DNA from: a virus
Virus record (IMG/VR): IMGVR_UViG_3300013232_000047
Span: 32,001-96,000 of that record
Direction: 5' to 3' (one strand)
Length of the DNA stretch: 64,000 nucleotides
Part shown: positions 1-10,225 of the stretch, one piece after another
Layout: each line of letters starts with the position of its first letter
Position numbering within the stretch: the first letter of the stretch is position 1
Notes under the pieces: model-generated
Seen by the model: only the letters and a program-made list of their open reading frames with translations
Told to the model about the DNA's origin: nothing
Databases searched by the model: none
Made by a program: the position numbers and the translations under genes

Positions 1-3000
1 AAAGCCGTTCGGTACGACAAGTTTTATCGGGATGTGCTGCTTTACTGGCACGGTGAAACGCTGATCGAGGACGTAGACACGGGCAAAACTCGGGTACCGA
101 GTGCTTTGGTCACCTTGTTTGATCCGAACAATCCGCTGGGAGCTGAGCCTTTGCAGCCGGGAGCTGCGTCTCCGATATGTGCTAAATGCAAACTATTCGA
201 GACAGGGTGCAAGAGCCCCTTTATGCAGCCAGTTGGTTCTGAGACGCCGCTGGTTACCATAATCTGTGACAGCGTGACCAAGAATGAGGACGCGAAAGGG
301 CAGATAAGCATCGACGGTTTTCCCGGTTGGATAGCGAAAATAATCCACGCTTGCAGAGAAGAAACGGGTGTGTCACTCGATGACATCCGATGGTTTCCGC
401 TGACTCGGTGTGCTAATGCAGGTAAAGCCAAGGTGGACTATAAGATCAAAGGAAACTGGTGCCGTTACCATCTCGTGGATGACCTGATGAGGCACCCGCC
501 TAAGCTCATCATACCCGTAGGCACAGCTTCGCTGGGCATGCTCTGCCATAAGTCTAATGCGCAGGATTGGCAGGGTAAATTGCTTACCTACCGTGGTTGG
601 CCTGACGACTGGTTGACTGACAAGCGCTTCGTTTTGCCCCGGCCTCATCCAGTAGACGCAACAAAACAGATAACGGGACATCCTGTCTTTGGCGAAGTTC
701 CTAGTGTGCGCATACCGATGATGCCAATTCAGAGTCCTCGTCTTGTTTTGCTTGCGATGAACAAGGTTGTAACCGCTCGGTGGAAACAGATCCTTGTTAA
801 TGCCATGAAGCTCGTGAAGGAGGGCGTTAAACCGAAGGTGTACACGCGTCCGTGGTATCGTTTTACTACTGACCCGGACGTAGCAGCGGAGGGCCTTTGT
901 GAAATTATTAACAATCCGGGGATGCTGCTCTGCTACGACACAGAAACTACTGGATTAAAGCCATGGTCATTTCACAAGCTCTGTACGACTAAGCTGCCCA
1001 CACCGCCAGCTATCGTCAGCATGATGTTCCGATGGAGCGATCCAAAGACAGGTAATTCACGGTCGATTGGTTTTCCATGGGATTACGAAGCCAGTCCAAT
1101 GAAGCCCTATTTAAAAATACTGGGTCCATTGGTTTACGAGGCGCTGACTAAGTCTAAGCTTATTGGTCATAATTTGACTTTTGATGTTTTGTATACTTTT
1201 GCCACGTTGTACCAGAAATGGTTGGTAGGATGGGATAATCCCGAGTTTAACAAAAAGCGTGATCGTTGGCTTTGTGCTTTGGCTGACGCTGCGAAATTCG
1301 ACACATGGCATGCGGCGTACACTTACATGCAGCGTGTCGGGTCATTGGGCTTGGAAATCATAGCCTATGATTGGGCACCTGAATTGGCCGGTTACGAGGA
1401 GGACATGGTTCTGCTTATCGAGCTTCATAAGGAGGCCATGCATCCCGGTGAAAATAAAGGCGGGCACTATCTCAACTGCGACAAGAAATATTGGCCTACG
1501 CATGTTATTCCGTATGTGATGGGAGACGTGGAATCCTGCTTTTTGGCTTCAGGACGCTTGCGTGAAAAGCTCAAGTCTACGGAAGGAAGACGCTACAACA
1601 TTCCACTTGCCCGGCCCGGCTCGCCCGGTCGTTTTCGTTTCTATACTCCCCTTTCACGTGCTTTTGTCTACGAAAGCATCATGGTTCCAGCGGCAGCGGT
1701 CCTTATGAAAATCATGGGTCGTGGCATGACCGTTGATCTCAAAAAACTCAATCAGATGGAGACCGCGTTGCCTAAAACTATCAGCGATCTTAGAACCAAG
1801 TTGAAGCAGGAGACTCCGGCGATCGGTCAATGGTGTGAGGAACAGGCATCACTTACTCCGGGATGGGAACTGGATTTGGAGAATAAGGGCCACTTGAAAG
1901 ACCTTTTGTTTAACGTGCTCAATCTGCCTGTTCAGCGCTTTACCAAAAATGGTAAGAAGTTTTACGGTGAGGACGAAAAGGCTTGGTCTGAGAATATCGA
2001 GAGCGCGGTTAAAAAACGGTTTCCTGACCTTGCTGAAGTTGAGCTGACTAAGAAAATAAGGGAGGAATGGCTTGAATTTGCAGCTACGGATAAGTTTACG
2101 CTAAACAGGATGGCTGTTGACCATGAGAGTGTACGACCATTGCAGGACTATCGTAAAGTCTACAAGTTATATTCAACCTACGTGCGTCCGCTGCGAAATA
2201 TTACCGTGGTTGGCCTCGACAAAAAGGCTCGTGTTAAGGACCCTCACCTGTGCTCAGATGCTTGTATTCACGCTAGCTTTTTAATGACAGGTACGCGTGG
2301 GGGACGACTTTGTGTGTCTGGTGATACTCGACTTGAAGTTAGAGTCGATGGCGTGAAGAAAGTTGTTGTAATTTCAGACTTGTGGAAGCACATTAATCAG
2401 CATGTTACAGTCAAAACACACTGTGGGCGATGGCAGCGAATCAAACGTCTGTACTTCAAGGGTTACGAGCGGATGTTTGAAGCAACTACTGAAAGCGGCG
2501 GCACGGTTAAAGCAACAGCCGAGCACAGGGTTTTCAGTGAGCGAGGATGGCAGTCTCTTGGGGTTGTTGCCGGACAAAAGCTCAAGTTATTCGTTGATTT
2601 GGCATCCGCAACTAGGACTGGTTTTGAACGAACAAAGTTTTCGGAGGTTGGCGCTACAAAAACAAATGAGTTTTCAGCAGATGAGCGAAACGATTTCAAG
2701 GCGTGTGGCTTTACGGAGCTGGCGGGCCTACCCTCAGTTGAAAGCGGAACTTCAACGGTTGCATCGGGCGCGTTTGGCCGATGCTCAGAAGGGCAACGAA
2801 AATGGTCGGAGAATGCCGTCAGTAGCGCTGCCAGAGGCCAAATTGGAGGCTTTGATCAGCCGTGGAATACCCATAGAGCGCATCGCGAAGGAGATGAAAA
2901 CAACGCCTTTTTTAGTCGAACGGAACATTCAGGTGTATGGGTTGCAGAAATTGGGCAACGCGCCGGTTCGTGCCAGAGTTCTGACAGAGTTTCAACTGAA

Positions 3001-5658
3001 GCAGATAGAAGCAGCGTGTCCGGGGTTGACAACATCTTTTGCGAGTTATTCTACGGACAAGGAGAGTTTTTTCCGAAAAGCTTATCAAGCGTACATGAGT
3101 CTTTTGCAGCAGGCTTGGTTTTTGAAGGATATGTGTCAGATGCCGTTTACACGATTGAAGGAGGACAGAGGTGGTATGGAGGAAATTTCGTGGTCGATGA
3201 ACCGCCACGAGTTGGCACTGTCTCAAGAGCTATTGTCTTTGAATATTCCGAATTATCGGGAGTACGTATACAGTGGGAACAAACGAGCCGACTTTGGGCT
3301 GATTGGCACGAACATCCTGATAGAAGTGGACGGAGATTACCATGTAGAGGCTCAAGACAAAGTCAATACAAGCATAGCCGAGCATTTAGGCTATCAAGTA
3401 CTGCGCTTCACAACACGCCAAGTCCAATTCAAAATGTCGGCGGTGATTGCCGAAATACAGGGCGCTTTGAAGCAGTCATTCAGTGGCGTTCCGTTGGTGT
3501 CCAAGCGGTGTGGGACATTGAAGTTGAAGGCGACCACAGCTACTTAGCACAAGGTCTTTTTCATCATAACTCATGCCGGGACCCAAATTTGCAGCAGCTA
3601 CCTCGTGATGGGGAAGTTAAGAGCCTTTACATTTCTCGATTTGGGAAGCGTGGCTGCATGTATCAGGGCGATCTTTCACAAGTTGAGCTGCGTCTGATGG
3701 CATCGGCTTGCGGTGATCCGACCATGGTTAAGGCGTACTTTGACGAAACAGACCTTCACACGCTTACAACTAGCCGTATTTTTAACACGCCTTACGAGCA
3801 TTTTAGTAAGGACTACATGAAGTGGCTTCAGGAGAGGCATAGAGACAAGGAAGCCAAGGAATTGAGTCAAAAGCGTAACATTGGAAAGTGTGTCGATCCG
3901 TCTACACTGGTGTCTGTAAACGGTCGAATCACGCGTATCGGTGATATTCACGCAGGAAGGGAAGAAGATACGTTTTATCCGATGAGCGGCAGGCACGTAC
4001 AGACTCCGAACGGCACGCAGGAAATTAGAGAATTTTATTGTAGCGGCATAAAAGAAAGAGTGCTTGTATGCAGTTTACACGGGATTATCAGCTGTAGTCC
4101 AAATCACCGCTTTCAACTTGCCGACGGTAGTTTGATTCAAGCGTCTCTTTTGAAAAAGGGTATGCTGTTGGCTGATGGCCAATCCTTGGTATGCGAACAC
4201 GTAAAAGCTGGCGTGTTTTTCGACCCATTTGGCACTTCGCCTAAATCAAATGTGTTCCAGATAAATATAACTCCAGATTTAGCTTACGTTCTTGGTCTGT
4301 TTTATGGTGATGGATGCTCTAACCTCGGTGAAGTTTCTATCTGTACAGGTGGAACACCCGAGTTTTTTGAATGGCAGGACATCATTGCGGATTCAGTGAG
4401 AAGGGCTGGTTTTTATCCAAAAATTGACCGAACAGTTTGGAGTAGTGAGGTTAGTGGGCCAAAAGTAATTAAGACAGGACCCACGGTTGGGCAGGAGATT
4501 AACGGAGCTTACGGACTTGTTAACTTTGGATGCACTAGGGTTTCCGACTTATTTATTCAGCTTGGGGCTGTAGACGAGACACGTTTTCGACGGCGGACGC
4601 TTACTTTACCTGAATGGATGTTCAACGCTCCAGACGATGTAAAATTGGAGTTTATTGCCGGAGTGCTGGATACGGATGGCTATGTAAAAAAGGACGGTAG
4701 CGCCTCTATTTGTACAAAATCGTGGCGATTTGCCCAAGACTTAATGGTGCTTGTTGGAACACTCGGCATTGCCTGCACGGTTGCGCCGGACTGGAATAAA
4801 ACCTACGAGCGCTATTACTTTATAGTCCGTTTTGCTCGACGTGACTCACACTTGTTTGCAGATAAATTGCGTAATCCCGGCAAGCGTGGCAGGATTAAAC
4901 CGGTAGTGTTTAGGTACTCAAAACGTGTTAAAAATAGGGTGACCTTGGTAATGGAGCAGGAACCTTCAATGCTTGTAGAGATCGCTATTGATAGCCCACA
5001 TCTGTATACTCCTGAAGGACTTACAACTCATCAAACGGTAAACTTCTTAACAGGTTATGGAGGAGGAGCTTTTGGGCTTCAAAACGTGTTAGCAGCCAAG
5101 TCTATCTATTTGAGCATCGAGCAGTGCGAAGCTATTATTGAATCCTTTTTCGCGTCGTACCCTGCTCTCCAGCGGTTCCTGATGTATTACAAGCAATTCA
5201 TAGTGGAGCAGCACGTGGCTGTTTCTATTTTTGGACGTGTCAGGGTGTTTGAAGAAGTTCAAGGTGACGACCAAGAGGCTAAAGCCAAAGCGCTTCGGGC
5301 CGGGTGTAACCACGTTATTCAATCGACGGCTTCAGACATGATGCTTTTGGCACTTGTTGCCATCGAAGACATGATGAAAGAAGCGGACCTTGAATCCATT
5401 TTGGTATCAACAGTGCATGACTCTCTTTTGGTAGATTGTGTACAATCTGAATTGCCTGTGGTTCACGATATTGTGACAACTGTTTTGAATAATTTTCCAA
5501 CAGTGCTGCCTGCACTGCTTGGCGCTGATTTTGATACAAGCTGGCTTCTGGTCCCCTTCACGGGGGACTGTGAAGTAGGCTTGGATTATTTGAGTGCAAA
5601 GTCCATTCCAAAGGATAACATCGACTGGGACAAACTTCTGTATCCTAGCAATGAGTAG
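1..5658 (+). CDS. polA: Family A DNA polymerase with N-terminal uracil-DNA glycosylase-like domain, 3'-5' exonuclease and two inteins (probably 5'-truncated)
   Basis: Exo I YDTETTG; TRGGRL|SCRDPNLQQLP; motif A DLSQVELR; motif B KRNIGK|TVNFLTGYG; motif C TVHDSL; CxxC..C N-terminal UDG-4-like region; frame is open from base 1. Confidence 0.95.
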   Translation, partial: KAVRYDKFYRDVLLYWHGETLIEDVDTGKTRVPSALVTLFDPNNPLGAEPLQPGAASPICAKCKLFETGCKSPFMQPVGSETPLVTIICDSVTKNEDAKGQISIDGFPGWIAKIIHACREETGVSLDDIRWFPLTRCANAGKAKVDYKIKGNWCRYHLVDDLMRHPPKLIIPVGTASLGMLCHKSNAQDWQGKLLTYRGWPDDWLTDKRFVLPRPHPVDATKQITGHPVFGEVPSVRIPMMPIQSPRLVLLAMNKVVTARWKQILVNAMKLVKEGVKPKVYTRPWYRFTTDPDVAAEGLCEIINNPGMLLCYDTETTGLKPWSFHKLCTTKLPTPPAIVSMMFRWSDPKTGNSRSIGFPWDYEASPMKPYLKILGPLVYEALTKSKLIGHNLTFDVLYTFATLYQKWLVGWDNPEFNKKRDRWLCALADAAKFDTWHAAYTYMQRVGSLGLEIIAYDWAPELAGYEEDMVLLIELHKEAMHPGENKGGHYLNCDKKYWPTHVIPYVMGDVESCFLASGRLREKLKSTEGRRYNIPLARPGSPGRFRFYTPLSRAFVYESIMVPAAAVLMKIMGRGMTVDLKKLNQMETALPKTISDLRTKLKQETPAIGQWCEEQASLTPGWELDLENKGHLKDLLFNVLNLPVQRFTKNGKKFYGEDEKAWSENIESAVKKRFPDLAEVELTKKIREEWLEFAATDKFTLNRMAVDHESVRPLQDYRKVYKLYSTYVRPLRNITVVGLDKKARVKDPHLCSDACIHASFLMTGTRGGRLCVSGDTRLEVRVDGVKKVVVISDLWKHINQHVTVKTHCGRWQRIKRLYFKGYERMFEATTESGGTVKATAEHRVFSERGWQSLGVVAGQKLKLFVDLASATRTGFERTKFSEVGATKTNEFSADERNDFKACGFTELAGLPSVESGTSTVASGAFGRCSEGQRKWSENAVSSAARGQIGGFDQPWNTHRAHREGDENNAFFSRTEHSGVWVAEIGQRAGSCQSSDRVSTEADRSSVSGVDNIFCELFYGQGEFFPKSLSSVHESFAAGLVFEGYVSDAVYTIEGGQRWYGGNFVVDEPPRVGTVSRAIVFEYSELSGVRIQWEQTSRLWADWHEHPDRSGRRLPCRGSRQSQYKHSRAFRLSSTALHNTPSPIQNVGGDCRNTGRFEAVIQWRSVGVQAVWDIEVEGDHSYLAQGLFHHNSCRDPNLQQLPRDGEVKSLYISRFGKRGCMYQGDLSQVELRLMASACGDPTMVKAYFDETDLHTLTTSRIFNTPYEHFSKDYMKWLQERHRDKEAKELSQKRNIGKCVDPSTLVSVNGRITRIGDIHAGREEDTFYPMSGRHVQTPNGTQEIREFYCSGIKERVLVCSLHGIISCSPNHRFQLADGSLIQASLLKKGMLLADGQSLVCEHVKAGVFFDPFGTSPKSNVFQINITPDLAYVLGLFYGDGCSNLGEVSICTGGTPEFFEWQDIIADSVRRAGFYPKIDRTVWSSEVSGPKVIKTGPTVGQEINGAYGLVNFGCTRVSDLFIQLGAVDETRFRRRTLTLPEWMFNAPDDVKLEFIAGVLDTDGYVKKDGSASICTKSWRFAQDLMVLVGTLGIACTVAPDWNKTYERYYFIVRFARRDSHLFADKLRNPGKRGRIKPVVFRYSKRVKNRVTLVMEQEPSMLVEIAIDSPHLYTPEGLTTHQTVNFLTGYGGGAFGLQNVLAAKSIYLSIEQCEAIIESFFASYPALQRFLMYYKQFIVEQHVAVSIFGRVRVFEEVQGDDQEAKAKALRAGCNHVIQSTASDMMLLALVAIEDMMKEADLESILVSTVHDSLLVDCVQSELPVVHDIVTTVLNNFPTVLPALLGADFDTSWLLVPFTGDCEVGLDYLSAKSIPKDNIDWDKLLYPSNE
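2311..3570 (+). mobile_element. Intein 1 in polA (420 aa)
   Basis: Starts CVSGDT, block B TAEHRVF, ends VWDIEVEGDHSYLAQGLFHHN followed by Ser; removal restores GGRL-SCRDPNLQ. Confidence 0.93.
2402..3547 (+). CDS. Vsr/DUF559-like endonuclease overprinted in +1 frame inside intein 1 (true start uncertain, perhaps 2620-2680)
   Basis: YREY..RADFGLIGTNILIEVDGDYH..LGYQVLRFT motif, preceded by HTH-like IPIERIAKEM segment. Confidence 0.8.
   Translation: MLQSKHTVGDGSESNVCTSRVTSGCLKQLLKAAARLKQQPSTGFSVSEDGSLLGLLPDKSSSYSLIWHPQLGLVLNEQSFRRLALQKQMSFQQMSETISRRVALRSWRAYPQLKAELQRLHRARLADAQKGNENGRRMPSVALPEAKLEALISRGIPIERIAKEMKTTPFLVERNIQVYGLQKLGNAPVRARVLTEFQLKQIEAACPGLTTSFASYSTDKESFFRKAYQAYMSLLQQAWFLKDMCQMPFTRLKEDRGGMEEISWSMNRHELALSQELLSLNIPNYREYVYSGNKRADFGLIGTNILIEVDGDYHVEAQDKVNTSIAEHLGYQVLRFTTRQVQFKMSAVIAEIQGALKQSFSGVPLVSKRCGTLKLKATTAT
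3889..5034 (+). mobile_element. Intein 2 in polA (382 aa) with LAGLIDADG endonuclease and C-terminal Gln
   Basis: Starts CVDPST, block B SPNHRF, LAYVLGLFYGDG and FIAGVLDTDG motifs, ends TTHQ followed by Thr; removal restores motif B. Confidence 0.93.
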
Positions 5659-5914
5659 TTATTATCGAATGAAAGCACGAGAACTTTTTGAGATGGGAGC
5701 AGCCCCAGTTGCTCCACCAAGACCGGGAGTTAAACCGGAGCATCCTACGACGCATCCGGGACGCCCAGCTCCACGGCCCGGCAGATTTCCAAGTCCATCA
5801 CGACGAAAGTTCCCCGGTAAGCGTGAGGAAGAGCTGCCAAAGCCTAAAGCTTGTGACAGTGCGACCAAGTACGAAAGTCGGGCACAACTAATCGTTAAAC
5901 GCCTTTTGGCATGA
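5651..5914 (+). CDS. Small Pro-rich hypothetical protein
   Basis: ATG overlaps polA end; C-terminal ESRAQLIVKRLLA motif shared with other putative head proteins. Confidence 0.6.
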   Translation: MSSYYRMKARELFEMGAAPVAPPRPGVKPEHPTTHPGRPAPRPGRFPSPSRRKFPGKREEELPKPKACDSATKYESRAQLIVKRLLA

Positions 5915-7245
5915 ACAACAAAGTTAAACGTTTGGTGGAAATGGCGCTCGATCTCGGCGGAGCGCCAGACTGGATTGACCGTGAAAAGAAACGGAAGATT
6001 ACAAGTCACGAGCATCCCTACGCACAGAATCCAGCCTTCCCGCGTGAGCCGGGTCCCGGTTCGTTTCCACAAGGCGAGGGTGAGCCACGTCCCGGTCAGG
6101 TTCGTAGCTACGCGGAGCTAGTTGCCTCAGACGTTTATCCGAAGATTGTGCGGAAGCTTCAGGCATCTCTGGGTGGCCAGATTCCACGTGGTGGCCCGAT
6201 GCAAATTTTGCAGATGCTTCAAGGAGCGCTTCAACGGGCAGTTCAGTTTGAGCAGGGACATGAACGGGAGCTGGAGCAGGCAGCTGTTCGCGTTGTGCTC
6301 GATTTGCCTGAGTTCAAGGATGCCAAGGCGGCGTATGCTGACGGTGACTTAAAGATAGTAGCTCAGCTTCGCCCGCAAATTGATCTTGGCGGCACCAGTG
6401 TCGAACCGGAAGCTCCAGATGAGGAACAAGAGGCGGAGCTTGAGATTGCGCAAATTGCGCAGGAGCTTGACCTTGAAAAAGAGAAGCGCCGAATGGTGAA
6501 CATGATGATTCAAGGCGCGGCAATAAATAAAAACCATGCCTACATGCAGATTGAGCAGGAGCTTCGGCGGATTAATCCACAAATTGTAAACACTTACGCT
6601 TTGTTGATGTCCGGCGGTGAACTTGCCTATTGGGTCCTGCCTGAAGAAATGCAGAAGATGATGTCTGGCGGAGGTGGCGGAGGTGGCGCTGCTGGTGTGG
6701 AAAAATTGAGTTTTGATGAGAATGGCACGCCTGTTATCACCGCACAGGCCGTTGTGTTCCCCGTGCTGATTCAGGAACTGGTCAAAGGGTTGATGGAATT
6801 CTATTCCTACGACGACAACGCGGACCCGAACACGCAGAGGCACGTCCATGGTCAAACAGATACTCTCGGTAATGAGCTTTGGGACATCAAGTTTGGTCCA
6901 GCTGTCTGGCGGCAGATTCTTCGCATGATTGGCGACGACAACCAAGAGTACATGCCTTACATCTATCGGCATTTGCTTGAATTGCCGACGACTGAATTTA
7001 ACACTCGAATGCAGCAGTTTTTGAGAGGCGAGCCTGAAGGTCGTCAGTTCATCGCTGATTTGGTTACACAGATCAAGAAGGAACATGAAGGCGAAGGTCA
7101 GCAACAGCAGCCTGAATTCGGTAGCGAACCTGCACCTGACGAAGGTGGCGAACCCGGCGCTGAGCCGGGGGAAGACGATAGTGCTGATTGGTGGAAGCAG
7201 GAGTCCGGTGCCAAGAAAATTGTCAAAGATTTACTGGGGGAGTAA
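5911..7245 (+). CDS. Hypothetical protein, possibly head-internal
   Basis: 444-aa ORF coupled to upstream gene; N-terminal VKRLVE and C-terminal KIVKDLLGE motifs. Confidence 0.75.
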   Translation: MNNKVKRLVEMALDLGGAPDWIDREKKRKITSHEHPYAQNPAFPREPGPGSFPQGEGEPRPGQVRSYAELVASDVYPKIVRKLQASLGGQIPRGGPMQILQMLQGALQRAVQFEQGHERELEQAAVRVVLDLPEFKDAKAAYADGDLKIVAQLRPQIDLGGTSVEPEAPDEEQEAELEIAQIAQELDLEKEKRRMVNMMIQGAAINKNHAYMQIEQELRRINPQIVNTYALLMSGGELAYWVLPEEMQKMMSGGGGGGGAAGVEKLSFDENGTPVITAQAVVFPVLIQELVKGLMEFYSYDDNADPNTQRHVHGQTDTLGNELWDIKFGPAVWRQILRMIGDDNQEYMPYIYRHLLELPTTEFNTRMQQFLRGEPEGRQFIADLVTQIKKEHEGEGQQQQPEFGSEPAPDEGGEPGAEPGEDDSADWWKQESGAKKIVKDLLGE

Positions 7246-7590
7246 AGTTTCTTTTTTGCACTCCGGGCAGGCATAAACAAGAAAGCTTTTATCATCAAGG
7301 GCGATTCCTCGAATGGGATCGCCTTTAATGCGTACTCCACAGTGCCCACAGCTTCTACCGGGTTTCAAAGCAGCTTCCGCTTTCTTAGCAGATACCAACG
7401 CAGCAGCTCCGCTGATTACAGGCAGCGATTGGGACGGTTTAGGCGTACTCGTTAAGGCACACTGCAGCAGATCCATCAGGGTGCGATTTATCAGGAAGAT
7501 TATCAGAACGGTGCTTGTAAGCGTAATCAGTGCTACAGCTGAACAGGCCAGTAGCAGCCCAATCCAAGTTGTTGTGGTATTCTCAAGCAT
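7231..7590 (-). CDS. Membrane-anchored zinc-ribbon protein
   Basis: N-terminal hydrophobic helix; CGHC...CPEC. Confidence 0.6.
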   Translation of the reverse strand: MLENTTTTWIGLLLACSAVALITLTSTVLIIFLINRTLMDLLQCALTSTPKPSQSLPVISGAAALVSAKKAEAALKPGRSCGHCGVRIKGDPIRGIALDDKSFLVYACPECKKETLLPQ

Positions 7591-7748
7591 AAATTTTTTA
7601 GTTTACAACGCCTACGGTATGTGTACGCTTCATCTATCGTTACATTTAAGAACTGAATATATGCGAGAAGCACTAAACACCGCTTGGGCTGAAACAGGGG
7701 CAACAGGCTATGTGTTTTGATAATCTCTCCATACAAATTCTACCGTTT

Positions 7749-9743
7749 ATGCTCGAAATAAATACTCGTATAGTGGAACTCCGCAATCTCATTCGCCAGT
7801 ATGACTACTTCTACTACGTGGTGGATGTTCCTAAAGTTGAAGACCATATCTACGATAAGCTCTACAAGGAACTGCAGGATCTGGAGACTAAGTACCCTGA
7901 ATTCTCCGATGTGAATTCACCAACCAAACGCATCGGTGGCATAGGTTCAAGCGGCTTTATTAAAACCAAGCATGATCGGAGAATGCTTTCGCTTCAGAAC
8001 GTCTATAACGCAAAGGAAGTTTTGGACTATTTTGGCCAAGGTGAGGAGGGAGTCTTGGAGCCAAAAATTGATGGCTTATCATTGAAGCTTATCTACAAGG
8101 AAGGAGAGCTGTACAAGGCTGTTACGAGGGGTAACGGTGAATTCGGCGACGATGTTACAGAGAATGCCCGGACTATTGTCAGCATTCCGCTGGTGTTAAC
8201 CAGTCCTACTGATATCGAGGTTACAGGTGAGGTCTACATGACCTATTCCGTGTTCAACAGGCTGAACGAAGAGCTGGAGGCAGAAGCACTGGAACAGTTC
8301 GCTAACGCTCGCAACGCTGCAAGTGGAACACTGAAACTCAAAAGTTCGGCGGAAGTTGCCAAGCGTAATCTGTCCTTTGTTGCGCACGGTAGCGTTACGG
8401 AATTTACGGAAATTGAGACACAGATGGAGCTTATTAGCATGTTGGAAAACTTAGGTTTTCAGACGACGTTCATGCTGCCAGTGCTTTCATCGTGTCCTAC
8501 GGTGACTCGATTACTGACATTCGATAATGCGTACGATATTCAAAAAAGCATAGAGAATGCGGATATAAATCGGAAGTTTCTTAATTTGGCGACGGATGGT
8601 TTGGTATTCAAGCTTAACAACTTGAAAAAACAGCGTGAATTAGGCGAAGGCACAAAATCTCCTCTATGGGCTTGCGCTTACAAGTTTCCGCCAGAGCGAA
8701 AATCTACAACCCTTCTCGACGTTACCCTTCAGGTTGGCAAATCAAGTAAGATTACACCGGTCGCAGAACTGAAACCTGTCCTTTTAAGCGGGACCTTGGT
8801 TAAACGGGCGAGTCTTTGTAATCAGGACGAAATTAATCGTCTTGGTGCTAATATCGGTGATGAGGTCTATGTTGAGAAGTCGGCAGAAATTATTCCCAAG
8901 GTCATGGGGGTCGCGAATAAGGTAACGGGTGGTGTCTATAAAATGCCCGACGTCTGTCCCTGCTGCAGGACCAAGCTGGTGAATCCAAGCGGCAAAGTAG
9001 ACTGGTTCTGCCCTAACCGTGACTGCGATGATCAGGTGTACGCCCGGCTGCGCCACGCAACAGGTAAGGCTGCTCTCGATATGGACGGATTCGGAGCGTC
9101 TATGATCCGTGAACTGATGACGCATGGCGTTCGTAAACTTTCAGACATATTCTTGCTTGATAACCTCACTTTTCTAAAAAATTCGGCTCGTAAAAAGCTT
9201 TTGGAAGGGCGCATTGCAGCAAAGAAACAACCGTTTTGGCGACAGCTGCACGCGTTGGGCATCGAAGGCATTGGCCAGACAACTTGCCAAGAAATTGCTG
9301 CTCAGTGGACTTCCCTTATTTCAGTCTTCGATGAGCTTGACAGGTTCAAAGAATTGTTCGGCGAAGTAGCCTTTAATAGTTTCCTTGAATACTACGCGTG
9401 TGAGGAACAAGAGCTGAATACGCTAGAGGCGTGCGGACTCACGTTTGAGACGGAACGGAACGGTATAGGAAGGCTCGCTGGAAAAGTATTTGCCATCACC
9501 GGAACCTTGATGTCAGGCAGTCGCGATCAAGTGATGCGTCGCATTGAGGCTGCAGGTGGAATGGTGAAAGCCAATGTTAGCGCGAAGTGCCATTATCTGG
9601 TTCTAGGCACAGACGCTGGTGCAATCAAGCCGGGCAAAGCGGAGAAGCTGGGAGTACCTGTCATAACAGAAGAACATCTGTATGAGATGATAGGTGAAGC
9701 GATGCCGGTTGCTCCGGAAGTAGAACCAGAAAGGGAGTATTAA
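7749..9743 (+). CDS. ligA: NAD-dependent DNA ligase
   Basis: EPKIDG adenylation motif, TRGNG, NARNAASG, Cys4 zinc finger, HhH repeats, BRCT (FAITGTL). Confidence 0.97.
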   Translation: MLEINTRIVELRNLIRQYDYFYYVVDVPKVEDHIYDKLYKELQDLETKYPEFSDVNSPTKRIGGIGSSGFIKTKHDRRMLSLQNVYNAKEVLDYFGQGEEGVLEPKIDGLSLKLIYKEGELYKAVTRGNGEFGDDVTENARTIVSIPLVLTSPTDIEVTGEVYMTYSVFNRLNEELEAEALEQFANARNAASGTLKLKSSAEVAKRNLSFVAHGSVTEFTEIETQMELISMLENLGFQTTFMLPVLSSCPTVTRLLTFDNAYDIQKSIENADINRKFLNLATDGLVFKLNNLKKQRELGEGTKSPLWACAYKFPPERKSTTLLDVTLQVGKSSKITPVAELKPVLLSGTLVKRASLCNQDEINRLGANIGDEVYVEKSAEIIPKVMGVANKVTGGVYKMPDVCPCCRTKLVNPSGKVDWFCPNRDCDDQVYARLRHATGKAALDMDGFGASMIRELMTHGVRKLSDIFLLDNLTFLKNSARKKLLEGRIAAKKQPFWRQLHALGIEGIGQTTCQEIAAQWTSLISVFDELDRFKELFGEVAFNSFLEYYACEEQELNTLEACGLTFETERNGIGRLAGKVFAITGTLMSGSRDQVMRRIEAAGGMVKANVSAKCHYLVLGTDAGAIKPGKAEKLGVPVITEEHLYEMIGEAMPVAPEVEPEREY

Positions 9744-9746
9744 GTC

Positions 9747-10223
9747 ATGCCAACGGTAATATGTTCACATGAAGGCTGCGACGCAGTCTTTACCAAAGAA
9801 ACACAAAACAGTGCGAATCAAGCTCTGAGAATGCATATAGGGCGGACGCACGAAAAACGAATCATTATGTTAAAAAATAATAATATCGAGTATTCTCAAC
9901 GGTGCCTTAGCAACGCGGAAACAGATAAGATCGTCGCGTTCATTAACGAGCGTCGAACAAAGTTTCCAACTAAGCTGGCCTGTTTTCAAGCTGCGTTGGA
10001 GCATATTGGTGCGACTAAACGCATATCCGCTACATCCAGCACAGTTACGCGCTACTTTGATAAGGCTGATAAGCGTAATAGTGCTGATGTGCCTGCCAAA
10101 CGCAAGTACACCCGGCGTCAGATCCAGCCAGAGTCGCGTGAAGTTCGTGTGAACTTTTGTCCGAACTGTGGCTGTAACATTCACGCTGTCGCCACAGGGT
10201 TGGCGATGGATAAAATCGCTTAG
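9747..10223 (+). CDS. Hypothetical zinc-finger protein
   Basis: C2H2-like N-terminus; C-terminal FCPNCG. Confidence 0.65.
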   Translation: MPTVICSHEGCDAVFTKETQNSANQALRMHIGRTHEKRIIMLKNNNIEYSQRCLSNAETDKIVAFINERRTKFPTKLACFQAALEHIGATKRISATSSTVTRYFDKADKRNSADVPAKRKYTRRQIQPESREVRVNFCPNCGCNIHAVATGLAMDKIA

Positions 10224-10225
10224 CC

